A stretch of 64,000 bases of DNA, from positions 2,852,001 through 2,916,000 of the forward strand of contig OX597838.1 in the NCBI GenBank assembly GCA_951406725.2, in the 5' to 3' direction. The DNA is from Octopus vulgaris. Lineage: Eukaryota. Under the pieces are notes generated by a model, which worked only from the letters and a program-made list of their open reading frames with translations, did not search any database and was not told where the DNA came from. The translations under genes and the position numbers were made by a program. Shown here one piece after another: positions 57,480-64,000 of this stretch. How positions within the stretch are numbered: position 1 is the stretch's first letter; each line of letters opens with the position of its first letter.

Positions 57480-58070
57480 AGCTGCATATGGAAAGTAAGA
57501 ACTGCAACCCAGCGTCAGCCTGACTGAAGAATCACAGAAGAATCAGGGAAGAGACGAAGAAAATGCAAAAGAAACGGAAAAGTATGAAGAGAAACTTTAA
57601 AAATCACCTCAAGTATTCCCGTCTTTGCAAAGCAATCAGACAATATCTGAGGAATTACTTCAAGATTTATAAACTGACGCAGAAGGTAGAGGAAAGAATA
57701 GGTTTACAGAGATGCGGGCGAAGTTTGGCACTCTGTAGGTCAGAGGTGAAGGTGCTTAAGAACAAGGATGGGCTCACGATGACAAAGGGGACATAGCGGA
57801 GGTATGCAAATCTCTGCACTAATCTTTTTAACTCTCCAGTGAAGCTCAATTCTCCAGCGGCACAAAGGATGGGAGAAGTGCCACCCACTCTGATCAGTGA
57901 AATTGAAAATGCTCTCAAATTGATGAAAACAGACAAATCTCCTGGGAAACACAACAAGGAAGTTAAGAGATAAAGAAATACGTCTACCTAGGGTACACAG
58001 TGAATATGCGCCGAGATAAGGGAGCTGAAATCTCAAAGAGAATAAGGGTAGGATAGAAGGCATTTGACTC
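57480..58070 (+). mobile_element. Decayed RTE-like LINE ORF2 fragment with the RT core internally deleted
   Basis: YSRLCKAIRQ...LKNKDG...EVPPTLISEIENALKLMKTDKSPG (the pre-RT E...A...MK..K.PG motif) is joined closely to a YVYLG motif; contains stops and frameshifts. Confidence 0.65.
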
Positions 58071-58091
58071 GTGTTTTACATCTGTGTCTAC

Positions 58092-58255
<164 letters not shown>

Positions 58256-58257
58256 GG

Positions 58258-58296
<39 letters not shown>

Positions 58297-58370
58297 GATA
58301 GATGGATGGATGGATGGATAGATAGATAGATAGGATAGATAGATAGATAGATAGATAGAGAGAGAGAAAG

Positions 58371-58559
<189 letters not shown>

Positions 58560-58561
58560 TG

Positions 58562-58642
<81 letters not shown>

Positions 58643-59065
58643 AAGAAGGGATAGAGGGGGAGAGAAAGATATACGTATGTATGTATCTATTTCTATGAGA
58701 GGTACCAGTTGTCTCTGTCGAGTTGCAATAAATAAAAGCGTTTTTAACTCATTTTTTTAGCCCCTTAAATCAGGTGATATTTTCAAGACACCCGTCAAGC
58801 ATTCAGTTACCATTTTAGTTCCATTTTCAAGGTCTGCAGGAAATGAATCTCTCTTCTAAGAATTTTGATTCCATTTGAGAACACAATACACCCAAACTTT
58901 TTTTTGCTTTTTAACTTTTTGTTAGCAAATAAAAGAAAAACCTTCCGGGTGGCTTTTAAGATTCCTTACCACCCGGATTTCGTTTTCTCTTCATTCATTG
59001 TCACCCAAGTAATTTCATTTTATTCCTAATTTATATATATATGACATCTTTAAGCAAGGTTTTCG

Positions 59066-59109
<44 letters not shown>

Positions 59110-59134
59110 CTAATCTCTCCCCTCCCTCTCTTTT

Positions 59135-59362
59135 TATTTCTGTATTGCCCACAACGAGCTAAACACAGAGGGGACAAACAAGGACAGACAAAGGGATTAA
59201 GTCGATTACATCGACCCCCAGTGCTTAACTGGTACTTATTTAATCGACCCCGAAAGGATGAAAGGCAAAGTGGACCTCGGCAGAATTTGAACTCAAAACG
59301 TAACGGCAGACGAAAGCAGCTAAGCATTTCGCCCGGCGTGCTAACCACTCCGCCAGCTCCCC
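59135..59362 (-). mobile_element. SINE family A
   Basis: Reverse complement of 52848-53076, including the same 3' tail. Confidence 0.9.
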
Positions 59363-59489
59363 TCCCTCTCTTTTTGGCACCAATGACGTCAGAGAACAAA
59401 TACCTGGATCAGATGGAATAAGGAATCTCAGTCTACGTTGTAACAATTGCACCAATCGTTGGACGGCTTACATTAGAGAAGGAACAGTG

Positions 59490-59900
59490 TAGGGTGGTCA
59501 CCATGGGTTTATTGATTGTTACTGACTCTGGGTGGCCACCCCGGGTATTTTGTTTGTACTAGCCTTAGGTAGCCACCCCGGGTATTTTGTTTGTACTAGC
59601 CTTAGGTAGCCACCCCGGATATTTTGTTGTACTAGCCTTAGGTAGCCACCCCGGGTATTTTGTTGTACTAACCTTAGGTAGCCACCCCGGGTATTTTGTT
59701 TGTACTAGCCTTAGGTAGCCACCCCGGATATTTTGTTGTACTAGCCTTAGGTAGCCACCCCGGGTATTTTGTTTGTACTAGCCTTAGGTAGTCACCCCGG
59801 GTATTTTGTTGTACTAGCCTTGGATGGACACCCTGGGTATTTTGCTTGAACTGACCCAGGGACACCATCCTAAGTATTTTGCTTGTATTGGTCTTGGGTG
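59490..59900. repeat. Minisatellite, 36/37-bp unit, ~8 conserved plus ~3 degenerate edge copies
   Basis: Unit GCCACCCCGGGTATTTTGT(T)TGTACTAGCCTTAGGTA repeated head-to-tail from 59535, with no spacers. Confidence 0.95.
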
Positions 59901-60380
59901 GCAAGTCTGGCCCCCTTTTAATTACAGGTACGACTCATTTTTGCCAGTGGACTGAAGCAACGTGTAATAAAGTGTCTTGAGCAAGGAGAAAACGCGCCGC
60001 TGCGAATGGAACCCAGAAACTTTCGAACGAGAGCCGGACGCATTAACCACTGATCCACGCGTCTTCCACTGGTGTTTCGAAGGAATTCTAGTCTGCAAGT
60101 CAAGTTGTTCTAACGTCATTGTCAGGAATCGGTGAGAATAATCGTTCAATTTAGAACCTCTTTGAGAAGGATTCAGTCGAATATTGTATCAATTCTTCAA
60201 ACTTTTTATATGTCTGTAGGTAAGGAATATTGTATATAGCAGCCACAGGTGGTTGGAAGCTTACCAATTCTCTTGGCAGTCATGTTCCTTGGCTTTTGAT
60301 TCATGGCGCTGATGGCTTCCTTGCTATTACCGTTAATGCTTCTTCATGGGTAACTATAATTCTTGTTCGCACACACATAC

Positions 60381-60456
<76 letters not shown>

Positions 60457-60544
60457 CATACATATATATACATACATACAAATATACTTACATATATGTA
60501 TATATATATGTGTGTCTCTGAGTGTAAATATATACATATAAATG

Positions 60545-60577
<33 letters not shown>

Positions 60578-60829
60578 ACATATGTATATATTATATATAC
60601 CCATATATATACATAAATATACATAAATACGTATATATATATGGACATATATATATATACATATACGTATATATATATATGTATATATATACTATAAATA
60701 TACATTATGTATGTATGTATATATATATGTATGTATATATATACATATATATATATATGTATACGCAGGTATATAAGTATATGTGTGTATGTGTATGTCT
60801 GTACATATATAGAGAGATAAATAGATAGA

Positions 60830-61043
60830 GAGATACATACATACATACTTGCATACATACACACATACAACATACTTACATATATACATTACATACATAC
60901 ACATACATATGAATACATATACATAAATATGCATGCATACATACGTACACATACATACATACATACATACACACACACACAGATACATACATATACACAC
61001 ACACACACAGATACATACATACATACATACATACATACATACA

Positions 61044-61075
<32 letters not shown>

Positions 61076-61159
61076 CACACACACACACAGATACATACAT
61101 AAATACATACATACATACATACATACATACATGCATACATACATACATACATACATACA

Positions 61160-61191
<32 letters not shown>

Positions 61192-61302
61192 CACACACAC
61201 ACACAGATACATACATACATACATACATACATACATACATACATACATACATACATACATACATACATACATACATACATACATACATACATACATACAT
61301 AC
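60830..61302. repeat. (CATA)n array with periodic (CA)n-GATA interruptions
   Basis: Direct reading; preceded by a long TA-rich array at 60380-60830. Confidence 0.97.
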
Positions 61303-61706
61303 CGTAAAACAATGAATACAATCAAGAATCGATGGGGAAACCTTGTCAAGGAATAATTGCCTGAGCAAAGATCTCCTTCGAGCAAAATAACTCTGGAGAA
61401 TTTATAAACTAAATTCCGGCACTAACAACGTTTATTCGGTGTAACTGTTCTTCTTATCTGATATTGAACATCCAGGTACATATTTGCGTTCGGAACTCTC
61501 GACAAATATCTGTCTCAGCAAGCAAATCTATTTGTTATAGCACAAAAATTACATTTGAAGCTTCTTCTGGGGATAGCTAAGAAAGAACGAGAAGTAAAAT
61601 TGCTGACGTATTTATTGAAGAAAGACACCATTGATCGGTGATCTGTGGCGAGAAGTGAGCTGAAAAGAATAGTTAGAGTGATTAAGTTATACTGGGATAC
61701 CGTATG

Positions 61707-61798
<92 letters not shown>

Positions 61799-61902
61799 CG
61801 CGTGTGTATGTATGTGTGTGTGTTTGTGTGTGCGCAAGCATACAGGCGTATATATGTGTGTCGGTGTATGAAACAGACCAATATCATGCGTATAAAAATA
61901 TT

Positions 61903-62036
<134 letters not shown>

Positions 62037-62149
62037 CACATATATATACACATATATATACACATATATATACACATATATATACAGTGAGATAGATTTG
62101 CATATATGTGCGTGTACATATATATAGATATATACATCATTTAGCTTGT

Positions 62150-62749
62150 GCTTGTTTCAGTCATTAGACTGTGGCCATGCTGGGGCACTACCTTGAAGAA
62201 TTTTAGTTGCATAAATCGACCCAAGTACTTATTTTGCTAAGCCTAGCATTTGTTCTATCGGTCTGTTTTGCCGAAGAGCTAAGTTACGGGAATGTAAACA
62301 CACCAACACTGGTTGTCAAGCGGTGGTGGAAAACAGACACAAGGACACATACAAATATATATATATGCACACACATGACGGGCTTCTTCTCAAATACGCT
62401 TACAAGGACCTGGATGGCCCAACGTTATATTAGAAGGTATTTTCCCATATATGCCCAAATATATATATATATCTATAATGGGGCAGGCGTGGGTATGTGG
62501 TTAGAAGCTTGCTTCCCAACCACATGGCTCTGGGTTCAGCTCCACTGCTTTGCACCTTGGGCATGTCTTCTTCTGTTTTTGTCTCCTACCACCGCTTGAC
62601 AATCGTATTGGTTTGTTTACGTTCCCGTAAATTAGCGGTTCGGCAAGTAGTGTCCGATAGAATAAGTACCAGGTTTAACAGGGGTCGATATATTCTGCTA
62701 TAAAAGTTCTGCAAGGCAGTGCCCCAGCGTGGCCGTAGTCTAACGACCG

Positions 62750-62750
<1 letters not shown>
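62150..62750. mobile_element. Inverted pair of family B SINEs (~62150-62390 minus; ~62480-62750 plus)
   Basis: Family B tail motifs occur in opposite orientations ~260 bp apart. Confidence 0.8.
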
Positions 62751-62783
<33 letters not shown>

Positions 62784-63655
62784 GTGTGTGTATGTGTGCA
62801 ATTAAATAAACACACACACGCACACATATACTGCATCCAACCATGCCTACACAAGACTACTCAATCCGCCATATCTTCCTCCAAGCTTTGACCTCGTTCT
62901 GAATGTAAGAATTCCTCTCATAAATACTTCCCAACGCTTGGAGTTCAAGTAGGCGGTCTCGGTCCCCAGGCGAATCGAGTTCGATATTTGTTAACGGCAA
63001 ACAAGATATTTTTTTGTTTATTTGTTTGTTTTTATGGAAAATGATCAACGAAATAAATACCAACAACGTCCTCGTACGAAGCTGATACAAGTCTATTACT
63101 TGTATTAATTAACTGTATATTGATTTTAAAGTAATCAACACGAGAAACGATACAAAAGTATAGAGAAATCAGAGTTTAAAATGGTGGTTTTTTTTTTCAC
63201 CTGTTATTTGGGTTAAGAACGGTGGCAATTACGGAAGATAAAGAGGAGGAATGTCACGAGTGAATTACTGGTATAGATGACATTAATCCTTGACTGGAAT
63301 AAAACCTTAAAAGGGAAAGTTCCAATGGGATTCGAATTTGGTTGTGGAAATCCTTCGTAATTTTGTTATCAATATTTTTTTATTATTATTCTTTAGAGTA
63401 AATCCCAAAAATAGGGTTTGAAGTTAGTCCTTGGGTGGATAGGTGGGACTAAAACATCACAAGAACTTTCAGTAAGGTCGTTAAAGTTCTATAAGAGAGA
63501 TTAATAGAACCGAAACATGCGCACACACGGACACACATACACATGCCTCCACAAACATAAACACACACACATATATAGCAAGACAAGAAATATGTAGTGG
63601 CGGATATTTGACTATTTATAAATTTTATGTATGATTAGTCTTTCCTTGTTTGTTA

Positions 63656-63709
<54 letters not shown>

Positions 63710-64000
63710 ACACATACACATGTATACAGACACATTCTCACATATATGTACGTACATACGTATATATACACACACACATATACATATGCACATATACGTG
63801 CATACATATACACACACACAAACGCATGCACACACGCACGCAAAGTAGGTCAGATGGCAAAGTCGTTAAAGCATTGCGAATTTTGCTGAGGTAGTCATGA
63901 TACCAGTTTCAAATTGCAGCGAGGTCAGTTATACACTTCATCTTTTCGATGTCAATAAACATAACACTGACACAGCCACACACACACACTCTCTCTCTCT

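Noticed and set aside
59490-59900. 36/37-bp repeats of CRISPR-like length
   Set aside because: Units are contiguous with no unique spacers, there are no cas genes, and the context is eukaryotic: an ordinary minisatellite.

Overview
Eukaryotic, microsatellite-saturated animal DNA. The tRNA-derived SINE families and the repeat landscape suggest an octopus (coleoid cephalopod) genome; this is inferred, not verified. The only recognisable protein-coding feature is a minus-strand exon of a Shaw/Kv3-like voltage-gated K+ channel. It contains the T1 domain with an HX5CX20CC Zn site and ends at a CAG|GTAAGT donor at 26951/26950; the S1-S6 exons are not in the window. This coding part ends a ~12-kb block (26951-39030) that starts at a textbook splice acceptor. 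The block has no SINEs and no di- or tetranucleotide microsatellite arrays, and it is built from in-phase triplet repeats. It holds two ORFs of roughly 1,450-1,500 codons in the same frame: a Met-free low-complexity upstream ORF, and a polyQ-rich frame that runs into the channel. The rest is intron-like or intergenic. It contains several SINE families, LINE remnants (Tx1-, HERO-, R4/Dong- and RTE-like), a nest of TAA-targeted retroelements, Penelope-type minimal hammerhead motifs, a ~170-nt wobble-rich hairpin, inverted repeats, minisatellites and a helically phased CRE-like array. Nearly all other ORFs in the track are microsatellite artefacts. Coordinates were read by eye and TE ends are approximate.
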